The position numbers and the translations under genes were made by a program. A stretch of 34,870 bases of DNA, from the NCBI RefSeq assembly GCF_001194135.2, contig NC_068984.1:111112859-111147728 (forward strand), in the 5' to 3' direction. This DNA comes from Octopus bimaculoides (taxonomy: Eukaryota). This document shows, in pieces, positions 9,985-21,432 of the stretch. Position 1 is the stretch's first letter; every line of letters starts with the position of its first letter. The notes beneath the pieces are model-generated. The model made no database searches and had not been told where the DNA came from. It saw nothing but the letters and a program-made list of their open reading frames with translations.

Positions 9985-10775
9985 GTATGATTGAACAAGT
10001 GGAAAGTCAAAGTAATGCATGTGCAGCACCTCAGAGAGATGAAAGTGAAAGACAAGACCAGCACCTAGAGTTGGTTAAGGGAAAATGATCGGAATGGATG
10101 CACTGAGGCATTGATATGCAGAGAACCTATTACACCATGTTCCAAATAGATCAGAGTTTTGAATTGCTTCTTTGTACGGTGTGAGGCATCAAAAATGTAC
10201 ATAGCAAGGTATGTTCAGTGGAGATCGTGTGAGAAGTACGGTCATGAAAGAACATAGAAATGGTATGAGCATAAACTAGAAGGTGTCACCAAGAATAATG
10301 AGTGTAAAATCTGGTGTTGTTCAGTGATTGATGTATGGAAACTGGACGTTGTTGTAGTGGATGAAATGGAGAAAGCAACTAAGATTATTGATATTGCCAT
10401 ACCTGGGGGATGTACAAATGGATAAAAAAAGAGCTGTAAAAGATTGAGATGTACAAACCATTATAAGATGATATTGCATGAATGCAGGCTATGAAGAAAG
10501 TAACTGTTGAGCTAGTTGCTGTAGGGACATCGGAAGAATTAATAACTAGGTTTGAGAAGTTTGAAGGAGAAACTGGGATTGACATGGGGATGGAACATAC
10601 TTGGAAAACTGCTTTATTGGGGTAGCATGAATTTTGTCCCTAAGTGATCAGTAACTGAATTTTACGTATTGTGGAAGAAGGGTCTGTAAGACTTATGACA
10701 ACAGGTTGTTTGATCTTACAGAATTAACTGGAGCAAGTGAAACTGAGAGGACTGAGAACTGAAATGAAAATAATA
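9985..10775 (+). mobile_element. R4/Dong-like (RLE-type) LINE fragment, second lineage, heavily disrupted
   Basis: Fragments MH..HLREMK, CTEALIC, IARYV.W..CEKYG.ERT.KWYEHK.EGV..NNECKIW, DVVVVDEMEKATKIIDIAIPGD and KTALLG match the RLE nuclease C-terminus. Confidence 0.8.
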
Positions 10776-10777
10776 AT

Positions 10778-10993
10778 CTTTTCTACTCTAGGCACAAGGC
10801 CTGAAATTTTTGGGGAGGGGATCAGTCGATTAGGTCGACCCCAGAACACAACTGGTACTTAATTTATCGACCCCAAAAGGACGAAAGGCAAAGTCAACCT
10901 TGGCGGAATTTGAAGTCAGAATATAAAGACAAATGAAATACTGCTAAGCATTTTGCCTGGTGTGCTAACGTTTCTGCCAGCTCACCGTCTTAA
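10778..10993 (-). mobile_element. SINE family A
   Basis: Near full-length reverse-complement match to the other family A copies. Confidence 0.92.
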
Positions 10994-11664
10994 ATGAAAA
11001 TAATAATAAAAACAACAATACAACAACAGCAGTAATGATGTTTTAGGCTAATGAGTGAACCTTCATGCGGCTAATCAACCTTCTAGAAATAGTTGACAAA
11101 TCTCCCTCAAATTCCTGAACAGTGGCTTTGCATGGGGTGTGAGTAAGATATGTGGACTGCACAGTAGGGTTATTTTATACACATTTGTTTCCTGCAGTTG
11201 AAGATATGTCACGTTTAAGGATTGGACTAACTAATTTAGCTACTACATAGGTATAGAGTAGCCAAGACTCGTGTTGTACCAATGGGCTGGTACTTTACTA
11301 ACAGTAGACTTGAGCACTTAAATAATTTAGTCAAAACATGATACCTACTACCAAATCCTACTGAACAGAGCAAGCCTTAACTCAGCTTGTCTCCCTATAT
11401 GCAATTATGTTCATATATGTGCACATCACTATGCATGCATGTGCTTTTAAACATTTGTGTTACATGCATGTGTAAATGGATGTGTTGTATGTATATAGGT
11501 TTTGGTCTCATATAACTGTTTTCAAAATGTTTTGTTACTGTTTCAAGTAATAGTTCTTAATTAGTGAATAAAATAATTAACTTGCCAACACAATAGGAAT
11601 TCTCTGGCTAAGAGGCGGGTATCACATTTCATTGAATCATATCATATTATGTTATATATTAAAT

Positions 11665-11755
11665 GAAGATGATGATGATGATAATGGTGGTGATGGCGAT
11701 GACAGTGATGATAACAACGACTAAGATGATGATGATGATGGTGATGAGGATGATA
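11665..11755. repeat. Degenerate (GAT)n microsatellite
   Basis: Direct reading. Confidence 0.9.
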
Positions 11756-12159
11756 TATAAGGATGACTTTACTTACGAGTTTCAGGAATATTGATAAGCA
11801 TTATATAGAGTAATAATGAATGAATGAATCTAATTTCTTTCATTCCCCACTGCTGCAGTTTTGGGGTAGCATTTCCCTAATAGATTCTGCAGATCTATAG
11901 ATTATATTATAACAATGCCAATGCAATGGAACATACTGCCATCAATGAGTTAATTTTAACAAATACATGCATGCACACATGCAACACGTACACACACAAA
12001 CACATACGCACACACACACACATGTACACATGCATATATTTATGTATATGAAATAAATGTTTATAACTATATATGAATATATGTATGTGTGTATCTGTAT
12101 AAATAAATACATTTAAACACATACACACACACATATATATATATATATAGATATAATAC

Positions 12160-12453
12160 AAGGACATGAAAATGCATTTTGCACATGTTTAATATTAGTT
12201 ACAATTGTTTCAGTACATATGTTTACCCTTCTGCCTAAACAATGGATTTACAAATACAATATCCCTACATTCACTCTCTATTTCCTATTTTAACTAAACT
12301 AACTATTGCTTAACCATTCTCTCACACCGTCTTCGATGAAGGGATATAATAAATATCCTGGAAACAGCTGTAAGACATTCTATTTATAAATGTTCTATAT
12401 TATACACAGCCTTGGTTTTTTATTTCATTACGAAAAGTAAATCCTTATATATA
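12160..12453 (+). mobile_element. AT-rich PLE-type cassette between (TA)n tracts with an HHR
   Basis: Starts after (TA)n at ~12135-12155, ends in TATATATA at the gap edge, and contains the HHR fold at 12329-12376. Confidence 0.5.
12329..12376 (+). ncRNA. Minimal type I hammerhead ribozyme with non-canonical UCGAUGA core
   Basis: GUCU-UCGAUGA-A-GGGAUAU-aauaa-AUAUCCU-G-GAAAC-AGCU-GUA-AGAC. Helix I is 4 bp, helix II is 7 bp, helix III is the palindrome ACAGCUGU. Confidence 0.65.
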
Positions 12454-12715
12454 NNNNNNNNNNNNNNNNNNNNNNNNNNNNNNNNNNNNNNNNNNNNNNN
12501 NNNNNNNNNNNNNNNNNNNNNNCATCTAGCATCGACTCCTCTTGTGGGACATGCAAAAACTGATTCAGGAGTATCCAGTGGTGCAGATGTATCTCATTGG
12601 ATGATAAATAAGTAAAAAAAAAACTCGTTAAAATGACTGTTCCATAATGCAACTTGCCGTTTTGTAGAGAGAAAAACAGCCAGACAGAGGAAAATTCTTC
12701 ATATATATACATATA

Positions 12716-13010
12716 TAATAAATATTAGGGATAAAAATCCAAATTTAAAGGTAAAAACTCAATTAAATTCAATTTATTAAAATTAAATTAAGTTTCACAA
12801 TATAAAATATATATATAGATTTAGGGAAAAGAACCAAGGTTCATGAACTCATCGATGAAAATCCACTGTCACATAGAGAGAAAATTAATAAGTAAAAGCA
12901 CGATATATAAGTATAATATAATACAATACAAAGTAAATATCATAAGATAATGATAATATATAATATATATTTTGTCTCCCCAGACACGACAGAATATAAT
13001 ATATATATAT
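12716..13010 (-). mobile_element. AT-rich cassette embedded in (TA)n, family unassigned (possibly PLE-derived)
   Basis: TA-rich flanks; the minus strand has UCGAUGA-GUUC-au-GAAC but no downstream GAAA. Confidence 0.3.
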
Positions 13011-13488
13011 AAAGAAAAGTCAAAATAGATAATGATCAGGCAGAAAACATGATAGACAGACAGAAGACAATTTTACAGACACAGAAGAACACTCTGACTC
13101 ACCTTCAGACATACATACACTCATACATACATACATATACACACACTCGTACATACACATATACACATGCCATATCATACCATACCATACTATGCCATAT
13201 CATCTTGGGTAAGAGAAGCTGAAAACAATGGCAAGGGTTATTTCTGCAGAAGGCCAGTTACTCAGATAAAAAAATGTTATCCACGTGAAGGAGGTACTTA
13301 TGTAAACACTTGACATTAGTTTCTTGTGTCTTTGGAGTTTTAAGACATTTATTGCTTCCTTTTGTTATATTTATGGTGCTGTTTGCTTCAGTATGGCCTG
13401 AATCTTAGCATATGGAGCCTTTCACACAATGAAAATGCATACACTTGACTATGCATATATTTGTAATTATATATATATTTTTTTTTAT

Positions 13489-13872
13489 TGTTTTACTTGT
13501 TTCAGTCATTTGACTGTGGCCATGCTGGAGCACCAGGACTTTGTAAGCTTAGTGCTTATTCTATCGGTCTCTTTTGCCGAACTGCTAAGTTACAGGGACA
13601 TAAGTGCACCAGTATTGTTTGTCAAGCGATGTTGTGGCGACAAACACACAAACATATGCACACACACACACCTAAACATACACATAGACACACAAACATA
13701 CACATATATATATGATGGGCTTCTTTCAGTTTTCGTCTACCAAAATAACTCACAAGGCTTTGGTCGGCATGAGGCTATAGCAGAAGACACTTGCCCAAGG
13801 TGCCATGCAGACTGAACCCGGAGCCATGTGGTTGGTAAGCAAGCTACTTAACACACAGTCACTACTGCATCT
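13489..13872 (-). mobile_element. SINE family B, full length with central (CA)/(TA) microsatellite
   Basis: Colinear with 32743-33152; tRNA-like head at 13800-13872 on the - strand. Confidence 0.93.
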
Positions 13873-13900
13873 GTATGTAGTGTATGTAATATATATAAAT

Positions 13901-13986
13901 GTGGGTGTGTGTGGCTTAGTGGTTAGGGTGTTGGACTCATGATCATAAGATTGTGGTTTCAATTCCTGGACTGGGTGACACGTATT
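13901..13986 (+). mobile_element. SINE family C tRNA-like head (runs into gap)
   Basis: TGGCTTAGTGG (A box) ... GGTTTCAATTCC (B box). Confidence 0.8.
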
Positions 13987-14758
13987 NNNNNNNNNNNNNN
14001 NNNNNNNNNNNNNNNNNNNNNNNNNNNNNNNNNNNNNNNNNNNNNNNNNNNNNNNNNNNNNNNNNNNNNNNNNNNNNNNNNNNNNNNNNNNNNNNNNNNN
14101 NNNNNNNNNNNNNNNNNNNNNNNNNNNNNNNNNNNNNNNNNNNNNNNNNNNNNNNNNNNNNNNNNNNNNNNNNNNNNNNNNNNNNNNNNNNNNNNNNNNN
14201 NNNNNNNNNNNNNNNNNNNNNNNNNNNNNNNNNNNNNNNNNNNNNNNNNNNNNNNNNNNNNNNNNNNNNNNNNNNNNNNNNNNNNNNNNNNNNNNNNNNN
14301 NNNNNNNNNNNNNNNNNNNNNNNNNNNNNNNNNNNNNNNNNNNNNNNNNNNNNNNNNNNNNNNNNNNNNNNNNNNNNNNNNNNNNNNNNNNNNNNNNNNN
14401 NNNNNNNNNNNNNNNNNNNNNNNNNNNNNNNNNNNNNNNNNNNNNNNNNNNNNNNNNNNNNNNNNNNNNNNNNNNNNNNNNNNNNNNNNNNNNNNNNNNN
14501 NNNNNNNNNNNNNNNNNNNNNNNNNNNNNNNNNNNNNNNNNNNNNNNNNNNNNNNNNNNNNNNNNNNNNNNNNNNNNNNNNNNNNNNNNNNNNNNNNNNN
14601 NNNNNNNNNNNNNNNNNNNNNNNNNNNNNNNNNNNNNNNNNNNNNNNNNNNNNNNNNNNNNNNNNNNNNNNNNNNNNNNNNNNNNNNNNNNNNNNNNNNN
14701 NNNNNNNNNNNNNNNNNNNNNNNNNNNNNNNNNNNNNNNNNNNNNNNNNNNNNNNNNN

Positions 14759-14806
<48 letters not shown>

Positions 14807-14810
14807 GTTG

Positions 14811-14882
14811 CACCAGTCCTCAGTCAAATCGTCCAACCCATGCTAGCATGGAAAGCGGATGTTAAACTATGATGATGATGAT
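14811..14882 (+). mobile_element. ~70-nt RTE-type 3' terminus with (GAT)n tail
   Basis: CACCAGTCCTCAGTCAAATCGTCCAACCCATGCTAGCATGGAAAGCGGA..TTAAAC.ATGATGATG, nearly identical to 22231-22305. The RTE assignment is from recall. Confidence 0.7.
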
Positions 14883-14912
14883 ACACACATACATACATGC
14901 ATATATATGAAC

Positions 14913-15073
14913 AACAGGCTTCTTTCAGTTTCTGTCTGCCAAATCCGATCACAAGGCTTTGGTCAGCCTGAGGCTGTAGTAGAAGACACTTTCCTAAGGT
15001 GTCATGCAGTGGGACTGAAAACCCAGATCCATGTGGTTGGGTAGCAAGCTTCTTACCACACAGTCATATCTGC
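14913..15073 (-). mobile_element. SINE family B head half
   Basis: GGCTTCTTTCAGTTTCTGTC...GGGACTGAA...CTTACCACACAG matches 13717-13872. Confidence 0.88.
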
Positions 15074-15480
15074 ACTTCATGTTTTAAGTTGTATTTTTCA
15101 AGTTTGCATCCCAAAACCATTCTCTCTCTCTTTTTCTCTCTCTCTCTCTGTATGTATATGTGTTCTCTTCTATTTTTAATTATTTGAAGTATTCTTTAAA
15201 AGAAAGATCTGATTTATAACAAAGATACAAAAGTCCATAACTGGAATGTAGACAACAAAATCAATGTCGCATTTTAAACCTGGGAAGAGTCTTGCCTGGT
15301 TTTACTCTTCTGCTTAAAAATTTGTAATCTGTAGATCTGTTGGTTGATTTCTTTTTCTGAAAGTCCAACCTTATCCAAACTGTTGTATGTGTATATGTAT
15401 GTACATATATATCATACATATGTATGTGCATATATGTATATATGAACATATGTATGTGTATATATGTATGTATGCATGCC

Positions 15481-15545
15481 ATTATTTAGTTTTATTTCAA
15501 GATTTCATGTCGATAAAAAACAAGCCAGGGTATTTTTGTTTGTAT
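15481..15545 (-). mobile_element. Short remnant of the R4/Dong-like 3' UTR
   Basis: AGTTTTATTTCAAG...AGGGTATTTTTG matches both ends of the segment at 18500-18600. Confidence 0.5.
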
Positions 15546-15654
15546 GTATGTATGTAGGTAGGCAGGTAGGTATTAGGTGTATATGTGTGTGTGTGTGTAT
15601 GCATGTATGTGTGCATGTTTATACATAATGTAAGCACACAGCATACTTCTATAA

Positions 15655-15800
15655 TTGTTAGACTCATGATCATTGCTTGCAGGTTTGATTCAGATCAGAT
15701 GTACTTCCTTTTGAGCAAGGTACTTCATTTTGTGCAACTTATGTCCACTCAGCTGTAAGTGAATACCAGCAATACCTTGATGTTAACCCTGTAGTATCCT
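15655..15800 (+). mobile_element. Degenerate SINE family C
   Basis: GACTCATGATC...TTGAGCAAGGTACTTCATTT...GTCCACTCAGCTGTAAG resembles the CORE-like segment. Confidence 0.6.
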
Positions 15801-16293
15801 GTTGAAGAGCAATTTGAGTCTGTCATGGGACATAAATAGAGAACACTGGCTTTAAGTCTCTCTAAAGCAATTCAATTTATTACTTGAAGAAATAAATCTC
15901 AAGTCACACAACCAACAAGTTTAAGAATCAATTGATATTTTGTTTATTAGTTAAAGTTTTTCATTCCATTTTTGAAGTATTTACACTACTTAGTGAGATA
16001 AATTAAAACATATCAACGGGATGAAAGTTACCCACAACTATAAATATAATAGATCCATGAATTGTAGCTTTTACACAACACTAACAATTATCAAATGTAT
16101 CATTAAGTTTTAATTGTATAGTTTGCTCTTTTTTATAAGGTTCTCTTATGCATAATGTACATTCTTAATGATGGACAATGAAACCACAATAAAATTCCTC
16201 ATATATAAGATGCACTGATCTATATTTAGTAATAAGTATTTAATTAGATTTATTATAATTGCTGTAAAAATACATTGAAAATGTCACCACAGT

Positions 16294-16602
16294 TTAAATT
16301 AGGAACTGACTTTTCATCTTCACTGTTGTTGGCTGTAAAAGTACACAAGCATTGGGCAAACCACATGATAATAATTTTTCTTGGAAAATAATGGCAGATT
16401 TTGTATTAATAAATGTGGGATTTAAAATAGAATGGAATGAATTGATAAAAATTTCAGTTTTTTTATCAGTTTGAGTAGCTCCACATATGGACTCCCTTGA
16501 AAATACCTCAAGAATAACTTCATGTATTTGTAAGGGCCAACAATCTTTTTTAAAGCCTTTAAGTAGCAATTGTGTGGGTTGAGTACAGAAATACTTCATA
16601 AA
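16294..16602 (-). CDS. Candidate terminal coding exon of an unidentified gene
   Basis: Acceptor CATTTACTAG| then 102 open codons (FMKYFCTQP...KSQFLI*) in non-repetitive AT-rich DNA; the other two frames close quickly; AATAAA downstream (16249-16254 and 15943-15948 on -). No recognisable homology. Confidence 0.3.
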   Translation of the reverse strand, partial: FMKYFCTQPTQLLLKGFKKDCWPLQIHEVILEVFSRESICGATQTDKKTEIFINSFHSILNPTFINTKSAIIFQEKLLSCGLPNACVLLQPTTVKMKSQFLI

Positions 16603-17149
16603 CTAGTAAATGTAATAATAATGGTAAAAGTGGAAGAGTGTAATGGATAATAATATCTCAAATGGTTAAGTGTCCATTCTGGGCATTGTGGCAGAAAGGT
16701 AAGCAATAGGAAAGTTTAACCGGAAAGGTTTCGGCACTTTGGCCAAAAGACATCATAATTCCTGAATTTAATCTTCTGACCGTTTGACCATAAAGGCTGG
16801 AAACATTATCTGCAGTCTTCCATTGCAATTGAGAATTAATAGCATCATGAAGAGATGGGTGCAAGGGTGTGAAAACAAAACAAAACAAAAACAGAAAAAA
16901 GAAGAGAAAATGAAAAAAAGAGTAAAAACAAGTGAATATCGTTATATTGAAATCCATTCAGGTAAGTCATGGTGTTTAGAAGCCATGATTTACCCACTAC
17001 TTTTTGTTTTGTCCAGAGGTCAGAAGTCAGTGAGCATTAACATAAACTAAACATTATAACTATTCCACCTCTCATTCTCTCTCACCACTTCACCCTCTCT
17101 CTCTTTCTCATAGACTCATATTAACACACACTTATTCATATACATATAC

Positions 17150-17640
17150 ACACATATATAATTATATAAAACATAATGTTTATGTATGAATATATATATC
17201 ATATATAATATAACATGTACATATATATATCATACCTATATATAAATGTATATATACATGCATATACATATATATTTTATATATATTACATACACAAACA
17301 TACATATATATATATATAAATATATATATGTATATATAAATGCATACATCATGTACATATATTTGTATGCATACATGTACATATCTATGTGTGTATTATG
17401 TTACAAACTCAATCAGCATGATAAATAGATAGATAGATATATGAAAACACAGACAAAGTGAATTAAAGAGAAAGAAATAGAGAGAGAGAGAGAGAAGAAA
17501 AAGAAGAAAAAATTAATAGAAGATAGACATACAAAAGAAAAATAAATAAAATGTCAACTAAGAAAATAAAAAAAGTAGTGGTGAGTCGATGAGAGAGAGA
17601 GGGATGAAGAGAGAGAGAGAGAGAGAGGAGAGATTATTAG
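17150..17640. repeat. Compound (TA)/(CA)/(GATA)/(GA) microsatellite region
   Basis: Direct reading. Confidence 0.9.
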
Positions 17641-18499
17641 ATCAGTTGAAGGAAGACTAGAGCTCAAAGGTTGCTTCTAAATATCAGAATTTCGGACACT
17701 GACAAAAATTAAATTTAATTGACCAGAAAATATTTTTCTTAGTGTGAAGAAGAATTTGAGTAATTTGTCTCAAAAATCAGCCTAAAAGTGAAAAACTATT
17801 TCTTTTTCTTTTTATTTTTGCTATTCATATTTTTCTTTCCTTCATTCTTTGTTGAATTTTCTTTTCCTTTTTCTCTTCCTTTTTGTTTCTATTTCTTTAT
17901 TTTTATGTATTTATTTATGCTTTTTCTTTTCGGTCTGTCTTTTTCTATTTTGGCGTGCTCCATCAAAAGTGTACGCAAATTCAAAAATAACAGACAGGCT
18001 AAAGGGTTATAACGATAATAATGCTAATAATGATGATGATGTTGGCGGTGGTGGTGGTCGTTTTAGGTGATAGCGATGGTGGTGGAGGTGTTGGTGGTTA
18101 TGAAACAGAACAAGTGGAATAAGCTGAAACGATTTCTTCCACTTGACATAGATACAGGGAAAAGTTGGTAAAAATCTCTGGCAATGAGGTTTTTGCAGGG
18201 ACTAAATCACTTCCATTACATTGGTCATACTGAAATAGGTTTCTCAGTTTATAGTGTACAACTGTGCAATCTTGGAAAATATGTGACTCGGTTTTTACGT
18301 ATATACATGTGTTCATATGTCTGTGTATAAGTATTTCTTCTCTGTATATGTTACACACACTCGTGTTATACAACACATATACTTACACACATGTACATAT
18401 ATGTATATATGTATGTATATACATGTGTGTGTATGTATGTTTGTGTGTATGTATGAATGTACGCATGCATGTATGTATGTATGTTTGTATGTCATTATT

Positions 18500-19350
18500 C
18501 AGTTTTATTTCAAGCTTTCCTTGCCAATAGAGAAAGAACCAGTTTCTAACCTAGATCTAAGCTTCCTTCATTGGAATTTCAACATCAACAGGGTATTTTT
18601 GCATGTATGTATGTATAAATGCAGATTTTTATGTTTTGTTTTCTGTATGTATTTTCATGCACATATTGCATGTCTAGACATGCTTGTATATTCTTAAATG
18701 ATAAACTTCTGAAGATTTTAAAGATTTTTCTAGTCCTAGTGATAGCATGGATCTGTAGTCCTTGAATCAGCTTTCTCCTTTCTGGTTTTGAGAAGCCTAA
18801 TTTCTCAAGGTCAGTATTTAAGAAGTGTGTTACATATTGCTGTGTTCTATTAATACATATGTACATACATACAGGTATAAACCTGAGCTTCTAATCTGGG
18901 TGGAGTAACTATAGATTTCTCAATAGTTCAACATAGGTATTTTTTTCACTGATCTTTAGCTTATGTTACCATCTACTGGGCATCTAATTTCCATAACTGT
19001 ATACAGTTACTCTTCTCTATCCCAAATCATTATTTCAGGTCTGTTGTGCTTACATTTTATTGAGGTTTTCACTGGGACATTCCACCAGTACTCCTTTTTA
19101 TTATGAGTGGCTATGGCTTTTATCATACTGTGGGTTCTTATTTCTTTGTTCTCAGGGTTATCTTTCTGACAGATTTTATTATAGAATGTCGTAGCTAAAA
19201 CATCATGTCTTATCGATAGATAATACCATGATGGCATTTTCAGACAACTGCTTATGATGTGATATCTTGTGTTAGCTCCACAAAGTTTGCATCAGTTAGC
19301 CCATTTTGCTGCTTTTCCTGGATTCCTGTCCCTTTTGTGTATATATGTAT
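18500..19350 (-). mobile_element. R4/Dong-like (RLE-type) LINE 3' fragment, third lineage
   Basis: Zinc-knuckle remnant (LCGANTQDIT..ISSC), RHDVLA, EYWWNVPVKTSIKCKHNRPEIMIWDREE, YVTHFLNTDLEKLGFSKPERRKLI, then a 3' UTR ending AATAAAACTGAATAATG. Confidence 0.88.
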
Positions 19351-19379
19351 GTGTAGTGACAGTGTGATTAAGCAGTTTG

Positions 19380-19685
19380 CGACGATCTATCTATCTGTCT
19401 CTCTATTTATCTATCAATTTATCTATTCATCTATCTACCTATCTATCCATCTCTCTCTCTATATATATATATTTACATACATACATATATATATTTATAT
19501 ATACATACATACATATATATATATTTATATATACGTATATATATATTTATATATACATATATATATATTTATATATACATATATANNNNNNNNNNNNNNN
19601 NNNNNNNNNNNNNNNNNNNNNNNNNNNNNNNNNNNNNNNNNNNNNNNNNNNNNNNNNNNNNNNNNNNNNNNNNNNNNNNNNNNNN

Positions 19686-19726
<41 letters not shown>

Positions 19727-19770
19727 AAAATAAAAAGGATAATATATATATATGTAAATATATATACATT
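19380..19770. repeat. (TATC)n/(TA)n compound microsatellite spanning a gap
   Basis: Direct reading. Confidence 0.95.
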
Positions 19771-20066
19771 TTTTATATTTGTTTAAACATAAATTCTTCA
19801 TAGTGTACAATCTCAGAGCACACGATGATGCTAACCTGAAAAATGTCTTTTAAAAGATTCCAGAAATCACCAAGTAACATATTTTATCACATTATTTTAT
19901 GTTGATTAAATTTATTTTAAATAATTCAATAAAGATATACTGCATTAATCATTTTATTACTATACTTCTTTTAGATTCAGTGCCATTTTTCAGTTAAGGT
20001 AAAAATAATAAAGAATTTAGTTAAATAATATTATTCTTATGTGATTGTAAGACACAAATGCAGTTG

Positions 20067-20128
20067 CTCTTTCTTCAAGACACTCTTTCTTCAAGACACT
20101 CTTTCTTCAAGACACTCTTTCTTCAAGA
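20067..20128 (+). repeat. 16-bp tandem repeat CTCTTTCTTCAAGACA, 3.9 copies
   Basis: Perfect units at 20067, 20083 and 20099; partial unit at 20115. Confidence 0.97.
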
Positions 20129-20446
20129 TGCAATTGGCAACAGTATATCCAGCTGTCGGGTCACAGGAACTGGTAAAACTTAAGTCATACCCTCATGCGC
20201 TCTCTACCCAAACTTCAGGCCAGAAAGAACTACTCCCTAGAATCGTTTCCAAAAACATATCTGTCCCACTTAACATACAGTGAAAAAGATTGTTTCAACA
20301 TGCCACTTCTTGTTGTGATGTCACTTTCCCCTCACTTCTGGTCCCTCGTTTTCCTCATCCTCTTCATTCCCCCACACCTTAACAAATGATGGTTTTGAAC
20401 ATAGATGATCACGAAATTTTGATTGAATTTTTTACTTTAGAACAAT

Positions 20447-20672
20447 TTAACCATTTTGTTACCCTTTTTGTTACCATATTTCAGTTGGAACACATTGTAT
20501 TTTTTCAATTAATTTTGAAAATAAGGAATAACTTTGTAATCATTAAGATGATGTTTCAAGCAAATCAACACGAAATTTGGATGGAAATTCTTAATTGAAT
20601 TAACCTTAAAGCAAGTAGTAAATATCATAGAGCCAGAGATGGTCTCAGGCAGGTTGGAACCAAAAGGGTTAA
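20447..20672. mobile_element. TTAA-flanked MITE (piggyBac-like ends), family X
   Basis: TTAACCATTTTGTTACC ... CCAAAAGGGTTAA; internally matches the reverse complement of 29320-29549. Confidence 0.8.
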
Positions 20673-21023
20673 GGCAAGTCTTCTACAACATCTCTTATGA
20701 TAGAAAATTCCATTAAATATTTTGCACCTAAACAATCGATCTTAAGTTTGATCTAATGCCCTTTGTCTAACTTTAGGTTTATCCTGTAAAAGTTTGTTCC
20801 CACCATGTCTATATACATGATTACAGATATTGAATTTAGTGTGATGTTCAATGTACAACATTTAATACTTAAAAATTTCTATATTCAAATATTGCCAAAT
20901 CAATTTCATCATTTATTCCTTCAAGATTAATAAATTACAAACCAATACCAGGCAGATTCACTTGACTGGTGCCTATTCCATATTATATTAATAACATGTG
21001 AAACCAATATTATATGAAACTAT

Positions 21024-21185
21024 AAGGCCTCAAGTTGGCAGAATTGTGAGCATGTCGAGCAAAATACTTCCAGACATTTTGTCCATCTTTACATTATGAG
21101 TTCAAGTTCTGCATTGGTTGACTTTAGTTTTTGCCCTTTAGGGGTCAATAAAACAAGTACCAGGTGCTACAATTGACTTAACCCC
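21024..21185 (+). mobile_element. Degenerate SINE family A
   Basis: AGTTGGCAGAATTGTGAGC...GAGTTCAAGTTC...TTTAGGGGTCAATAAA. Confidence 0.75.
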
Positions 21186-21280
21186 TAAGTCAATTATATT
21201 CACCTAGCATTTATTTTATTAACCCCTAAAGGATGAAAAGCAAAGTCAACTTCAACGGAATTTGAACAGGAAAATAAAGA

Positions 21281-21432
21281 TGGAAGCGCAATGGCCGAGT
21301 GGTTAGGGCAGCGGACTCGCGGTCATAGGATCGCGGTTTCGATTCCCAGACCGGGCGTTGTGATTGTTTATTGAGCGAAAACACCTAAAGCTCCACGAGG
21401 CTATGGCAGGGGATGGTGGCGAACCCTGCTGT
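21281..21432 (+). mobile_element. SINE family D tRNA-like head, 3'-truncated
   Basis: TGGCCGAGTGG (A box), GGTTTCGATTCCC (B box); CpG-rich, suggesting a young copy. Confidence 0.85.

Noticed and set aside
12195-12240. Minus-strand GAAAC-AATT-GTA with palindromic helix III
   Set aside because: The upstream core reads CAGAAGG (two mismatches) and helix II is weak.
16670-17050. Two strong plus-strand donors (AG|GTAAGC ~16698, CAG|GTAAGT ~16972) and ORF 16784-17050
   Set aside because: Weak acceptors, low-complexity A-rich coding sequence and no recognisable protein; conflicts with the minus-strand candidate. Left unresolved.
18750-18830. SAM-domain-like peptide FLNTDLEKLGFSKPERRKLI
   Set aside because: It is the C-terminal end of the R4/Dong-like ORF.
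20067-20128. Regular short repeats as a CRISPR-like array
   Set aside because: No spacers and eukaryotic context.
21281-21360. tRNA-like sequence with A and B boxes (also 4958, 13901, 25118)
   Set aside because: These are SINE heads with no intact cloverleaf, not tRNA genes.
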